DNA from: Candidatus Multivoradales bacterium
Lineage (GTDB): Bacteria; Acidobacteriota; Thermoanaerobaculia; Multivoradales; J023
Reading direction: 5' to 3'
DNA: 64,000 nt
NCBI GenBank assembly: GCA_965248925.1
Contig: CBDFLE010000006.1
Location: 2,240,001 to 2,304,000, forward strand
Part shown: piece by piece, positions 21,394 to 31,658 of the stretch
How the letters are laid out: the number at the start of each line of letters is the position of its first letter
Numbering within the stretch: the first letter of the stretch is position 1
Position numbers and translations under genes: made by a program
Notes under the pieces: model-generated
What the model saw: only the letters and a program-made list of their open reading frames with translations
Told to the model about the DNA's origin: nothing
The model's database searches: none

Positions 21394-22662
21394 TCAGCGC
21401 TGTTCGATCGGCACATAGGCACGGTCGCCGGAACCGATGTAGACCTGACGCGGACGGTTGATCCGACCGTGGGGATCTTCGCGCATCTCTTTCCAATGAG
21501 CGATCCAACCCGGTAGCCGGCCGAGGGCGAACATGACTGTGAACATATTCGTCGGGATGCCCATGGCGCTGTAGATGATGCCACTGTAGAAATCGACGTT
21601 CGGATAGAGCCGGCGCTTGATGAAATACTCGTCGTTGAGCGCAATCTCCTCGAGTTTCTTGGCCACGTCGAGCAGGGGATCGTCGATACCGAGATCGTCG
21701 AGCACTTCGTCGGCGGCAGCCTTGAGGATCTTCGCCCGCGGATCGAAATTCTTGTACACCCGGTGGCCAAAGCCCATCAAACGGAAATCCGACTCCTTGC
21801 TCTTCGCCAGATCGACGTACTTGCGGTAGTTGCCGCCGTCGTCAGCGATCATCTGCAGCATGTCCATCACCTTCTGATTGGCGCCACCGTGCAGTGGCCC
21901 CCACAGGGCGCAAACCCCGGCGGCGATCGAAGCATAGAGATTGGCTTGGCTCGAGCCCACCATGCGCACCGTCGAAGTACTGCAATTCTGCTCGTGGTCG
22001 GCATGCAAGATCAGCAGCAGATTGAGCGCCCGATCGAGCACCGTATTGAGCTGATACGGCTCGGCCGGAACGGCGAACATCATCTGCAGAAAATTGCCGG
22101 TGTAGGTCAGGTGATTCTGCGGATACATGAAGGGCTGGCCGATCGACTTCTTGTAGGAGAACGCGGCGATCGTCGAAGCCTTGGCCAGCAAGCGGGTGAT
22201 GTTGAGGTCGATGTCCGAATCCGCATTCGGATAGTAAGTCGACATCGAGGCCACCATCGACGACAAGATAGCCATCGGATGGGCGGTCGGCGGATAACCC
22301 TCAAAGAACTTTTTCATGTCCTCGTGCAGCATCGAGTGGTAAGTCAGCTGCTGCTTGAACTGCGCCAGCTGCTCGGCGTTAGGCAGCTCGCCGGAGATCA
22401 GCAAGTAGCACACCTCGACAAAACTGGCGTTCTCGGCCACCTGCTCGATCGGATAGCCACGGTAGCGCAGAATGCCGTTCTCGCCATCGATGTAGGTAAT
22501 GCTGCTCTGGCAACTACCCGTGTTGCCGTAGCCCTGGTCGAGGGTGATCATCTTCGACTGCTTGCGCAGATGGGTGATATCGATCCCCACCTCGTCCTCG
22601 GTGCCTTCGACGATCGGCAGCTCGTACTCTTGACCTTGATAGCTCAGTTTGGCCGTACTCAT
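21394..22662 (-). CDS. gltA: Citrate synthase
   Basis: LHADHEQNCST, GPLHGGAN, GFGHRVYK and PNVDFYSG motifs. Confidence 0.98.
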   Translation of the reverse strand: MSTAKLSYQGQEYELPIVEGTEDEVGIDITHLRKQSKMITLDQGYGNTGSCQSSITYIDGENGILRYRGYPIEQVAENASFVEVCYLLISGELPNAEQLAQFKQQLTYHSMLHEDMKKFFEGYPPTAHPMAILSSMVASMSTYYPNADSDIDLNITRLLAKASTIAAFSYKKSIGQPFMYPQNHLTYTGNFLQMMFAVPAEPYQLNTVLDRALNLLLILHADHEQNCSTSTVRMVGSSQANLYASIAAGVCALWGPLHGGANQKVMDMLQMIADDGGNYRKYVDLAKSKESDFRLMGFGHRVYKNFDPRAKILKAAADEVLDDLGIDDPLLDVAKKLEEIALNDEYFIKRRLYPNVDFYSGIIYSAMGIPTNMFTVMFALGRLPGWIAHWKEMREDPHGRINRPRQVYIGSGDRAYVPIEQR

Positions 22663-22847
22663 GGCAATCTCCTACCTCGGAGGCTCGAAAGATCCGAGGA
22701 AAACCGTTCCCGAGCCGCATCAAATTCGTCGACGAAAGTCGCGGTGGACGGATCTGTTCTCGCGTTGGGACCGCACATGCGGCCAGTCTGGAGTTTATCC
22801 GCCAGACCTAGACAGAGCAAGGATCCTTGCCGCACGGCGGCAAGTGC

Positions 22848-23576
22848 TCAGTCGCCGCCGCCCGCCGAGCTATCCAAACTTGGCCCACCATGAATTGGCG
22901 GTGCCGCCGAGTTGCGCAGTCGAGCCAGATCTTCAGGGCGGTTGATATTAAGAAACACACGGCTTGGCGAGCCGTAGATTGCAAGCTGCTCACCTTCGAG
23001 AAAATAGGGTCGGAGCCCGTCTGCTTGGGCCAACGGGTGAAGTGCCCGCTGGCCTCGCAACACCCTCTCCGCCAATAACTGCAAGGACCGTGGGCGGTAA
23101 TGCGCCGCCAGCGGTTCCAACCCGCTCTGCCAGCGCGGTACCACCCAATCCGCGGCCGGCTGCTCGAGCAAGCGCCGCAGCAACGCCACCGGTACCCAGG
23201 GCAGATCACAGGCTAGAACAAGCAAGGAACGTCCAGAGCGGGCAGCGGCGACCCCGAGAATCGCCGCCGCCGGGCCCTCTCCAGGACCGTCGGCGATCGA
23301 CGACACGCCAGCCAACAAGCGGCGACCCCGGTCTGCCAACACCACCTCGACACACACTTCACCGAGGCGCCGGACCGCACTTTCAACCAGCGTCTCGCCG
23401 CTCGGTGCCAGACGGACTCGCGCCTTGTCACGCCCTAGACGGCGAGAAGCACCACCCGCTAGAACCACGCCCAGGGGAGCGCCTTCGCTGCTATCGGGCA
23501 CCAAACAACCCACCCAGACCGACCTGCCCGGCCGGGCCAGACGGTAGGTGTGAGCTGCTAGACTGCGCCGCTGCAA
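22848..23576 (-). CDS. mobA: Molybdenum cofactor guanylyltransferase
   Basis: VLAGGASRRLGRDKA, LACDLP, EPL and FLNINRPEDL motifs; start uncertain. Confidence 0.9.
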   Translation of the reverse strand: MQRRSLAAHTYRLARPGRSVWVGCLVPDSSEGAPLGVVLAGGASRRLGRDKARVRLAPSGETLVESAVRRLGEVCVEVVLADRGRRLLAGVSSIADGPGEGPAAAILGVAAARSGRSLLVLACDLPWVPVALLRRLLEQPAADWVVPRWQSGLEPLAAHYRPRSLQLLAERVLRGQRALHPLAQADGLRPYFLEGEQLAIYGSPSRVFLNINRPEDLARLRNSAAPPIHGGPSLDSSAGGGD

Positions 23577-23648
23577 ACAATCCAGTGCGCCGCCTCCGCT
23601 CTAGGCTGCCCTTTCTCGACCGGCCAGTTTTCATAAGGAGATCCGCAA

Positions 23649-24149
23649 ATGACCCTGCATACTCTGATCCAAACCAATAAAGGCGACATCCGCATCGAAC
23701 TCTATCCCGAGCACACCCCGATCACCGTGGCGAGCTTCATCAATCTGGCCGAGCGCGGTTACTACGACGGGATCGTCTTTCATCGCGTTATTCCCAACTT
23801 CATGATCCAGGGCGGCGACCCCACCGGCACCGGCCGTGGCGGCCCTGGCTACCAGTTCGAAGACGAGTTCCACGCCGATCTGCGCCACGACGCCGCAGGG
23901 GTGCTATCGATGGCCAATGCCGGCCCGCGCACCAATGGGAGCCAGTTTTTCATCACCCACGGGCCGACTCCCCATCTCGACAATAAACACTCGGTGTTCG
24001 GCAAGGTGGTCGAGGGGCTCGACGTGGTCAACGCCATCGCCGGCGCCGACAAGATCATCTCGATGAAAATCGAGGGCGACTCAACGGCACTCAAGACCGA
24101 CCAGGCAAAACGCATCAGCGAGTGGAACAAGACCCTCGACGCCCGCTAG
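23649..24149 (+). CDS. Cyclophilin-type peptidyl-prolyl isomerase
   Basis: [15 protein letters not shown] and [17 protein letters not shown] motifs; AAGGAG RBS. Confidence 0.96.
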   Translation: MTLHTLIQTNKGDIRIELYPEHTPITVASFINLAERGYYDGIVFHRVIPNFMIQGGDPTGTGRGGPGYQFEDEFHADLRHDAAGVLSMANAGPRTNGSQFFITHGPTPHLDNKHSVFGKVVEGLDVVNAIAGADKIISMKIEGDSTALKTDQAKRISEWNKTLDAR

Positions 24150-24161
24150 AGCCAAATTGCC

Positions 24162-24512
24162 TCATTCGCCGAGAACGGTGACCTGACGGGCCTGCGCTCC
24201 TCGCGGCCCGTCGACAATTTCAAAACTGACCAGGGCGCCTTCGGCGAGAAAATCGTCCTCGCCGACGATCTCGCTGTGGTGAAAGAACACGTCTTTCCCA
24301 TCGTCTTTCAGTGCCAGAAAACCGTAGCCTTTGGCCAAGCTGTACCACTTGACCCGGCCTTGTCGTAGAGTGGCATTCGCGACCTTCCCTGACCTGGCTT
24401 TCCCAGCTGCCGTCTTGTCGGACACAGCCTTGTCGGACACAGCCTTGTCGGACACAGCCTTGTCGGACACAGCCTTGGCGGACTGTAGATCAACCATCGG
24501 AAACCTCCTCAT
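24162..24512 (-). CDS. Cold-shock domain protein with N-terminal DKAVS repeats
   Basis: GRVKWY...KGYGFL (RNP1) and DVFFHHSEI (RNP2). Confidence 0.9.
   Translation of the reverse strand: MRRFPMVDLQSAKAVSDKAVSDKAVSDKAVSDKTAAGKARSGKVANATLRQGRVKWYSLAKGYGFLALKDDGKDVFFHHSEIVGEDDFLAEGALVSFEIVDGPRGAQARQVTVLGE
24414..24483. repeat. 15-bp tandem repeat (CTTGTCGGACACAGC) x4 plus a partial copy
   Basis: Four perfect copies at 24414-24473, followed by degenerate CTTGGCGGAC. Confidence 0.95.
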
Positions 24513-24709
24513 CGCTCGCCGAGCTGAGCGCTTGGCGAACCTTCCGCCGGCTCAAGAAGGTCGGTCGGCACAACCCACATTCTTCTACACCAGCGATTGC
24601 TACAGACAACCGTCCTACGTAGCTGGCTTATTCCGTGCTCGGCTCGAGGGTCTCTCGCAGCCGCGGGCGAGAATGGCGAACTCGTCGTCGCGGGGGAAGG
24701 AGGGGATGA

Positions 24710-24797
24710 TGGTGCCGAAGGTCGGACTCGAACCGACACGGAGTTTCCTCCACACGGCCCTCAACCGTGCGCGTCTACCAAATTCCGCCACTTCGGC
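24710..24797 (-). tRNA. tRNA-Leu(GAG)
   Basis: Reverse complement GCCGAAGTGGCGGAATTTGGTAGACGCG-CACGG TT GAG GG CCGTG-long variable arm-GGTTCGAGTCC...TTCGGCACCA; downstream of secG. Confidence 0.96.
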
Positions 24798-24863
24798 TTC
24801 AATGCGAGATTCTAGTGGCCCTTTGAGCGCTAGGCAAGCAGCGAAAAGGGGCCGGCGACGATC

Positions 24864-25352
24864 TCATCCGTCGTTTGGTATTTCTGCCGTAGTTTTTCCG
24901 TCGGCACCTTCTTCAGCAGCATCAGCATCAGTGGCATCATCAGCCGTTGGACCCGTGCTCGCCGCCTCTTCCGCTGCCGCAGCTGCTGCTTCAGGAGTCT
25001 CGGTGGCGGCTTCGAGTGCGCCGACCGGCTCGGCCACCTCAGCCGCTTCCTCGCCGTCCGCGGCTGCCGTCGCTTCTTGCTCCGCGGCCGCAGTCTCCAG
25101 GTCACTCATGACCGAGCTACCCGTACCGCCACCGAGAAAAATGCCAATCATCATCGTGGTGACAATAAAAGCGACAAACGAAAACACCGTTAGCTTATGC
25201 AACACGGTGGCCGCGCCGCGGGCGCCAAAGGCGGTCATCGTGCCACCACCTCCGAACACCGACAAGTCGGCCCCTTTGCCCTGCTGCAGCAGGACTACCA
25301 GGATGAGGAAGATGCAGATCAGGATGTGCAGAGTGTAAAGCAGCGCTAACAT
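24864..25352 (-). CDS. secG: Preprotein translocase subunit SecG
   Basis: LILVVLLQQGKGADLS..GGG and LHKLT motifs, acidic tail; follows tpiA. Confidence 0.95.
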   Translation of the reverse strand: MLALLYTLHILICIFLILVVLLQQGKGADLSVFGGGGTMTAFGARGAATVLHKLTVFSFVAFIVTTMMIGIFLGGGTGSSVMSDLETAAAEQEATAAADGEEAAEVAEPVGALEAATETPEAAAAAAEEAASTGPTADDATDADAAEEGADGKTTAEIPNDG

Positions 25353-25417
25353 GGTCTTGCTGTTCCTTGGGCTCGTCGTCGGCTATCGTCGTCGGCAATC
25401 GGTTGAGACTGGGCGCT

Positions 25418-26176
25418 TCAAGCGCAGCGGCCAATCATATCCAGGAATTTCCCCACGTCAAGGCCGGCTCCACCTACCAAGAAGCCGTCGATATCGGGTT
25501 CGACGATCAACTCGGCGACATTTTGCGGTTTGGCCGAGCCGCCATAGAGCAAGCGCAGCGCGGCCGCGCGCTCCTCGCCAAGCCCTTCTTCCAGGCGGCG
25601 GCGCAAGAAGGCGTGGGCCTGTTGGGCGATCCGCGGAGTCGCAGTCTCACCGCTGCCGATCGCCCACACCGGCTCGTAGGCGAGTTCGAAGCGCGGCGGC
25701 GGATCGTCCAGCAGATCCTTCAGCTGGCGATCAAGGATCTCCCAAGTCCGACCCGTCTGGCGTTGCTCGGCGGTCTCGCCAACACAGACCAGCGGGCACA
25801 AGCCAGCGGCGGCGGCGGCCCTGGCCTGGGCGGCCACTTGGCTGTCGCCCTCACCGTGGTCCTGGCGCCGTTCACTGTGCCCACAGAGCACCCAAGTGCA
25901 GCCGACATCGACCAACTGCGCGGCCGACAAATCACCAGTGTGGGCCCCCTGAGCCGCTGGATGCAGAGCCTGTCCGCCACACTCCGCCGCCGAGCCGGCG
26001 AGCGCCGTGGCGACGGTTTCGAGTGCGGTGGCCGAGGGAAAGATCAACACTTCAGGCATCGCTTCACTCAGTCCGGCAACCAATTGGCGGCAGAATTCCG
26101 CCGCCTCGTCGCGCAGCTTATGCATCTTCCAGTTCGCCGCCAGGATTAGCCGGCGTGCTCTCGTTTGTTCGCTCAT
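25418..26176 (-). CDS. tpiA: Triosephosphate isomerase
   Basis: ANWKMH, GHSERR, AYEPVWAIG and LYGGS motifs. Confidence 0.97.
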   Translation of the reverse strand: MSEQTRARRLILAANWKMHKLRDEAAEFCRQLVAGLSEAMPEVLIFPSATALETVATALAGSAAECGGQALHPAAQGAHTGDLSAAQLVDVGCTWVLCGHSERRQDHGEGDSQVAAQARAAAAAGLCPLVCVGETAEQRQTGRTWEILDRQLKDLLDDPPPRFELAYEPVWAIGSGETATPRIAQQAHAFLRRRLEEGLGEERAAALRLLYGGSAKPQNVAELIVEPDIDGFLVGGAGLDVGKFLDMIGRCA

Positions 26177-27390
26177 GATTTCTTCTCCAGCACCACTAGT
26201 GCCGGCAGCGCTTTGCCGGCCAGCAAGGCCAGGGAAGCACCGCCACCGGTAGATACGTGTCCCAAACCTGCTTCGGCGCCGGCCCGGCGCACCGCCGCCA
26301 CCGTCTCGCCGCCACCGACGACGGTGAATCCGGGGCACGTTGCCAGGCTGCTAGCGATCGCCTCGGTACCCGCATCAAAGGGGGGCTGCTCGAAGACCCC
26401 CAACGGCCCATTCCAGAACAAGCTACCGGCGGTGGCCACCGCGGCGACGAATCGGTGGCGGGAATCTTCGCCAATATCGACCGCCAGCATGCCGCCCGGC
26501 ACCACCGCCACCGCCACCGTCTCGATGCGCTGGGGCGCCGCCAGGTCGTCAGTGACTACCAAGTCAGTTGGCAACAGCACCTCGGTACCGGCCGCCGCGG
26601 CTCTGCTGAGGATCTCACGCGCGACCTCGTAGCGCTCGGGCTCGACCAATGACTTGGCCAGGTCGAGACCCTGGCCAGCTGCCAAGAAGGTGTTGGCCAT
26701 GCCACCGCCGAGCAGCAGCTTGTCGAGCCGCGGCAGCAAATTGAGCAAAGTATCGATCTTACCGCTGATCTTGGCACCGCCTAGAATGCCGATGAAAGGC
26801 CGGCGCGGTGTGGCGAGCAAGCGGCTCAGGATCTCAACCTCGCGCACCAATAAGCGACCTGCGGCCCGGCACGGCACCCTCTCGGCCACTCCCACCACCG
26901 AGGCATGGGCGCGATGGGCTGTGCCGAAGGCGTCGTTGATGTAAACCTCGGCATGCTCGGCCAACCGGGCGGCAAACTCTCCCTCATTGGCCTTCTCAGC
27001 GGCGTGGAAGCGGAGGTTCTCAAGCAAAGTCACCGTACCCGGTGTGGTTGCCTCGACCGCTCGCCGGGCAGCCTCACCGACGCAATCCGCGGCAAATCCC
27101 ACCTTCTGGCCCAGCAGCTTACCGAGGTGCTCGGCCACCGGTCGCAGGCTGAGTTCAGCGCGGGGCTCACCCTGCGGGCGGCCACAATGGGAAATCAGCA
27201 CCAGCCGCGCCCGCGCCGCCAACAGCTGACGAATCGTCGGCATGGCTTGCTCCAGACGGCTGGCGTCCATAACCCGCCGGCCACCGCCAGCGCTCTCCTC
27301 CAGGGGTACATTGAAATCAACCCGCAGCAACACCCGGCGACCGTCGAGATCGGCGAGGGTGAGGTCGTCAAGGGTGTGGATCGGCTTCAT
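26173..27390 (-). CDS. pgk: Phosphoglycerate kinase
   Basis: RVDFNVP, NDAFGTAHRAHAS and HVSTGGGASL motifs. Confidence 0.97.
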   Translation of the reverse strand: MKPIHTLDDLTLADLDGRRVLLRVDFNVPLEESAGGGRRVMDASRLEQAMPTIRQLLAARARLVLISHCGRPQGEPRAELSLRPVAEHLGKLLGQKVGFAADCVGEAARRAVEATTPGTVTLLENLRFHAAEKANEGEFAARLAEHAEVYINDAFGTAHRAHASVVGVAERVPCRAAGRLLVREVEILSRLLATPRRPFIGILGGAKISGKIDTLLNLLPRLDKLLLGGGMANTFLAAGQGLDLAKSLVEPERYEVAREILSRAAAAGTEVLLPTDLVVTDDLAAPQRIETVAVAVVPGGMLAVDIGEDSRHRFVAAVATAGSLFWNGPLGVFEQPPFDAGTEAIASSLATCPGFTVVGGGETVAAVRRAGAEAGLGHVSTGGGASLALLAGKALPALVVLEKKS

Positions 27391-28394
27391 CAGAGGTCCT
27401 TCCCCATCATGGTCAACAGGTCGGCGAGGCGCTCGGCGTAGCCCCATTCATTGTCGTACCAGGCCACTATTCGGTAGAGATCGGTGCCGGCACGGCTCAT
27501 CAAAGGCAGATCGACCAGCGCCGAGTAGGGTTCTCCGTTCAGGTCGCTCGACACCAGCTCCTCTTCGCTCACCGCCAGCAAACCGGCCAGGTCGCCCGCC
27601 GCCGCGGCGCGAAACGCGGCAGTGAGTTGGTCCAACCGAGGCGGTCGTTCGAGCCGGGCCACCACATCGAGCAACGCCACATTGGGAGTCGGCACCCGCA
27701 CCGCGTGACCGGCCAGCCGCCCAGCCAATCGCGGTAAGAGCCGCTCGGTCGCCGCCGGCGCCGCGGTCGGAGTGGGCACGATATTGATCGCCGCCGCCCG
27801 GCCACGGCGCGGGTCGCGGTGACCACCATCCACCAGCCTTTGATCGGCGGTGTAGCTATGCACCTCGTTCATCAAAGCGCTGGCAACACCAAAAGAATCG
27901 TCGAGTACCCGCAGTAAGAGGGCCAAGCAGTTAGTGGTACAGGAAGCGTTCGACACCACATGGTGGTTCCGCGAATCATAGTCGGCCTCATTGATGCCCA
28001 GACAGAGAGTGACATCGGCCTGCTCGGCAATTGCCGACACCACCACCTTACGCACCGTGCCGCCGAGATGCTCGGCGGCCAACCGACCTCGGGTCGCCCG
28101 GCCGCTGGATTCGACCACCAGCAATGCCCCGCTATCGCTCCACGGCACCTTCGCCGGCTGCGGGATCCGGTGCACCGGCACTCGCCGACCATCGATGTCG
28201 AGGGCCCCATCGACCGCCCGCACCTCGCCATCGAAGCGCCCATGCACTGAGTCACGGCGCAGCAAGCGTGCCAGGCTGGCAGGATCGAGCAAGTCGTTGA
28301 TTGCCACTAACTCGAGTTCTGGCCGGTGTGCAGCGATGCGGACCAAGGCACGACCGATGCGGCCGAGACCGTTGATGGCGAAGGGCAAAGACAT
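27390..28394 (-). CDS. gap: Type I glyceraldehyde-3-phosphate dehydrogenase
   Basis: INGLGRIGR, SNASCTTNCL and WYDNEWGY motifs. Confidence 0.95.
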   Translation of the reverse strand: MSLPFAINGLGRIGRALVRIAAHRPELELVAINDLLDPASLARLLRRDSVHGRFDGEVRAVDGALDIDGRRVPVHRIPQPAKVPWSDSGALLVVESSGRATRGRLAAEHLGGTVRKVVVSAIAEQADVTLCLGINEADYDSRNHHVVSNASCTTNCLALLLRVLDDSFGVASALMNEVHSYTADQRLVDGGHRDPRRGRAAAINIVPTPTAAPAATERLLPRLAGRLAGHAVRVPTPNVALLDVVARLERPPRLDQLTAAFRAAAAGDLAGLLAVSEEELVSSDLNGEPYSALVDLPLMSRAGTDLYRIVAWYDNEWGYAERLADLLTMMGKDL

Positions 28395-28478
28395 AGTGGC
28401 GCGGAAGTCTACAGCGACGGCGTAGAATCTTGCACGGAGAATCCACTCGAGACCGCTGCCAGATACCGATCCGAGTTT

Positions 28479-28494
28479 GGGCACGGGGCTTGCT
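28479..28494 (+). promoter_or_regulatory. Putative sigma54 promoter for the kinase-regulator operon
   Basis: GGGCAC-N5-TTGCT (-24 GG / -12 GC spacing) about 70 bp before ATG 28566. Confidence 0.55.
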
Positions 28495-28565
28495 TGAATG
28501 CCCTTAACAGCGCACCCGCGAGACTCGACATGACAAGGCTCGCGAGGCCGTGCTCCGAGGTGAGA

Positions 28566-30110
28566 ATGTCACTGCGCACCCGCTTGTTCCTGATTTTCGG
28601 CGCCCTACTAGCGGCGTTGGTGTTGGCCCAATGGTGGCTGACCCGCACCTTGACTCGCGAGCTGCGTAACGAAATCGGCGAAGTCGCAACCCAGGCGGCA
28701 AGTTCGACGGCAGCACTCTTCTTCAATGAACAAGACTGCGATGAACCTCCTTGCGTCCCATCGCAGATCCACTCGGCCAGCAACCTCGACATTCGAGTGG
28801 TTCGCCTGGGAGCCAATGACCCGAGCCTACTGTGGGTCGACGCCGACGACGGCTCAATCTCACAACTGATGCGACAGCTGATCGCCAGAGATGCCGGCAA
28901 ACTCTCGCCAGAGCTGATTGAAAGACTCCACCAGCTCGAACCTGACCGACGGCCGAAGGTACTGTCCTACAGCTTCGAGTCCCGCCACGGCGACAGCCAA
29001 GAGGTTCAACGGACAGAGTGGATAAGTCGCTACCCACCGCACTCCGAAGACGACCAGGAGCACAGTGTCGTCGCCCTTGAAGGCCCTGGGCTTCGACGAT
29101 CCTTCGCCATCCCAGAAGCCGGGCTGCGGTCCAAGATGGAGGCTTTCTCGCGCAACCTGCTCTTGGGCTCGCTGGCGGTGTTGCTGGTCGGTCTGAGCTT
29201 GGCCGCGGCGGTGGCCTATCGGGTCACGCGGCCACTGCGGCAGCTGTCAGCGGCTGCTCGCCAGATCGGTGGGGGCGCCTTCGGCACTCAGGTCACCGCC
29301 GTTCCGGGGGGCGAAGTCGGCGAGGCCCTCGAGGCTTTTAATTACATGTCGCGTCGCGTCGCCCAACTCGATGCCGAGGCGCACCGACTCACCGCCCGCC
29401 AGCACCTCGGCGAGATCGGCGAGATCGCCCGCGGCCTCGCCCACTCGCTGCGCAACCCGCTCAACGCCCTGGGGTTGTCGATCGAAGAACTCGCCGCCCG
29501 CGGCGACGGCAACAGCGACGACAGCGATAGCAGCCAAGCGCTAGCCGAGTCAGCCCGCCGCCAGGTACGACGCATCGACGACTCGATTCGCTCCTTTCTG
29601 GCACTGGCCAGCCAGGGTGGCGGCAGGGTCGAAAGGCTCGATCTGGTCGGCCTGCTGCGCGATGTCAGCCTCGAAGCGCTGCAAGACGGCCGCAGCCGAG
29701 TACGAATCGAGGTACCGAGCGAACTCGAAGCCGCCGAGCTGCAAGGCATCGAGGCCGAGCTGCGGGCGGTGATCCAGGCCCTGGTGGTCAACGCCGTCGA
29801 GGCCAGTCCCGACGGCGCCAAGGTAGAGGCGCGGGTAGACTTTGAGAGTGCCGCCGGCGGTTTTCGTCTGCAAGTCGCCGACCGCGGTCCGGGGCTACCG
29901 GCCGCAGTACGGGAGCGCCTTTTCACCCCCCATCTGACCACCAAGGCCCACGGTTCGGGCATGGGCCTCTACTTGGCCCACCGCATTGCCCAGACCCGCT
30001 ATGGCGGCCATCTCGAGCTGCTCGATCGCGACGGCGGCGGCACCCTGGCGGTGCTCGTGCTGAGTTCGCGAGTCGACGAGACCGACTCCAGGGAGGCGAG
30101 CAATGACTGA
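28566..30110 (+). CDS. HAMP-domain sensor histidine kinase
   Basis: Two TM segments, HAMP domain, H-box LAHSLRNPL, N-box VNAVEA, DRGPG and GSGMGL. Confidence 0.93.
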   Translation: MSLRTRLFLIFGALLAALVLAQWWLTRTLTRELRNEIGEVATQAASSTAALFFNEQDCDEPPCVPSQIHSASNLDIRVVRLGANDPSLLWVDADDGSISQLMRQLIARDAGKLSPELIERLHQLEPDRRPKVLSYSFESRHGDSQEVQRTEWISRYPPHSEDDQEHSVVALEGPGLRRSFAIPEAGLRSKMEAFSRNLLLGSLAVLLVGLSLAAAVAYRVTRPLRQLSAAARQIGGGAFGTQVTAVPGGEVGEALEAFNYMSRRVAQLDAEAHRLTARQHLGEIGEIARGLAHSLRNPLNALGLSIEELAARGDGNSDDSDSSQALAESARRQVRRIDDSIRSFLALASQGGGRVERLDLVGLLRDVSLEALQDGRSRVRIEVPSELEAAELQGIEAELRAVIQALVVNAVEASPDGAKVEARVDFESAAGGFRLQVADRGPGLPAAVRERLFTPHLTTKAHGSGMGLYLAHRIAQTRYGGHLELLDRDGGGTLAVLVLSSRVDETDSREASND

Positions 30111-31479
30111 CGGTAGGGTGGCAAAACAGCGAGTCTTGGTGGTCGAAGACGAAGCCGATCAGCGGCAGCTGGTGGCTTCGATTCTCAGCCATGCCGGCTA
30201 TCTGGTGGCACAAGCTAGCTGCCTCGAAGAAGCCCGCCTCGAACTCGACCACGCTCCCTTCGACATCGTTGTCGCCGACGGCAAACTGCCCGATGGCAAC
30301 GGCATCGATCTGCTGGTCGAACTGCGCGAGCGCAGCCAAGGCGGCCCCGCCTTCGTGCTGGTCACCGCCTACGGCACCATCTCGCGAGCCGTCGAGGCTG
30401 TGCGCCTCGGCGCCGACGACTACCTGAGCAAACCCTTCGAGCGCCAAACTCTGCTCTTGGCGATCGAGAAAGCGCTGCGCTCACACCGCCTGGAAGACGA
30501 GAACCGGCGCCTGGTAGAAGCCCTCGGCGAGCGCGATCGGTTGGTCGATCTGGTGGGCAGCGCCCCCAGCATGCAGCGCCTCTTCCGCCAAGTCGAAAAA
30601 CTCGCCGGCACCGCCGCCACCGTGCTGGTGGTGGGAGAGAGCGGCACCGGCAAAGAACTTGCCGCCCGCGCCCTGCACAGCCTGTCGCGACAGGCCGCCG
30701 GACCCTTCGTCGCCATCAACTGCGCAGCGGTGCCCGAGGGGCTGCTCGAGGCCGAGTTCTTTGGCGTCGAGAAAGGCGCCTTCACCGGCGCCGATCGCAG
30801 CCGCATGGGCCAGTTCGAGGCCGCCAGTGGCGGCACCCTCTTTCTCGACGAGATCGGCGAGCTGCCCTTGGCCCTGCAACCCAAGCTGCTACGCACCTTA
30901 CAAGAAGGCACCTACACCAGGATCGGCTCGACCCGCGAACGCCATGCCGAAGTGCGGCTGATCGCCGCCACCAATCGCAACTTGGCCACCGAAGTCGCCG
31001 CCGGTCGTTTTCGCCAAGACCTCTACTACCGGCTGGCGGTGGTGCCGATCGAGATGCCGCCACTACGCCAACGGCGCGAAGACCTACCGCTGCTGGTCGA
31101 GCATTTCGTGGCCCGCGCCGCCCGCCGCCACGGGGTACACGTCGAGCCGTTTTCCAAGTCGGTGATGAAGCGGCTGATCGACCACACCTGGCCGGGCAAC
31201 GTGCGCGAACTCGGCAACGCGATCGAGCGCTTGATACTGCTGGCCGAAGACGGTCGCGTCTCGACCGACGATCTACCTCTCGACATGGCCTCCTCCGCAA
31301 CGACCGAGAGTGCCTTTCGGCTACCGCCGGGAGGTCTTTCCTGGGAACGCCACGAGCGTCACTGCCTGGCTCAGGCGCTGGACCTTGCCGGCGGCAACCG
31401 CGCCCAAGCCGCCCGCTTGCTGGACCTACCCTACAAAGCCTTCCTCTATCGCCTGGAAAAACACCAACTGGACTCCTAA
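30103..31479 (+). CDS. Sigma54-dependent response regulator (NtrC family)
   Basis: Receiver domain, GESGTGKE, GAFTGA, WPGNVREL and a Fis-type HTH. Confidence 0.96.
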   Translation: MTDGRVAKQRVLVVEDEADQRQLVASILSHAGYLVAQASCLEEARLELDHAPFDIVVADGKLPDGNGIDLLVELRERSQGGPAFVLVTAYGTISRAVEAVRLGADDYLSKPFERQTLLLAIEKALRSHRLEDENRRLVEALGERDRLVDLVGSAPSMQRLFRQVEKLAGTAATVLVVGESGTGKELAARALHSLSRQAAGPFVAINCAAVPEGLLEAEFFGVEKGAFTGADRSRMGQFEAASGGTLFLDEIGELPLALQPKLLRTLQEGTYTRIGSTRERHAEVRLIAATNRNLATEVAAGRFRQDLYYRLAVVPIEMPPLRQRREDLPLLVEHFVARAARRHGVHVEPFSKSVMKRLIDHTWPGNVRELGNAIERLILLAEDGRVSTDDLPLDMASSATTESAFRLPPGGLSWERHERHCLAQALDLAGGNRAQAARLLDLPYKAFLYRLEKHQLDS

Positions 31480-31592
31480 TGCCTCGAAACCCGCGGGCCA
31501 CGCCCGCCGAGAAAGACCCGATCTGAGGAACTGTCTCCCCATTTCGGGATACGATCTCGCCGGCGAAGCCCGGTTTCTTGGCCTGCTGTCGG

Positions 31593-31608
31593 TGGCACGC
31601 CCGTTGCT
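31593..31608 (+). promoter_or_regulatory. Sigma54 promoter
   Basis: Consensus TGGCAC-GCCCG-TTGCT about 50 bp upstream of ATG 31659. Confidence 0.8.
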
Positions 31609-31658
31609 CTAGCAGCTCAATGTAACGAAACCAACCCACTGATCAAGGAGACCTGCAC

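Noticed and set aside
24331-25338. 335-aa plus-strand ORF
   Set aside because: Overlaps tRNA-Leu, secG and the cold-shock gene on the opposite strand.
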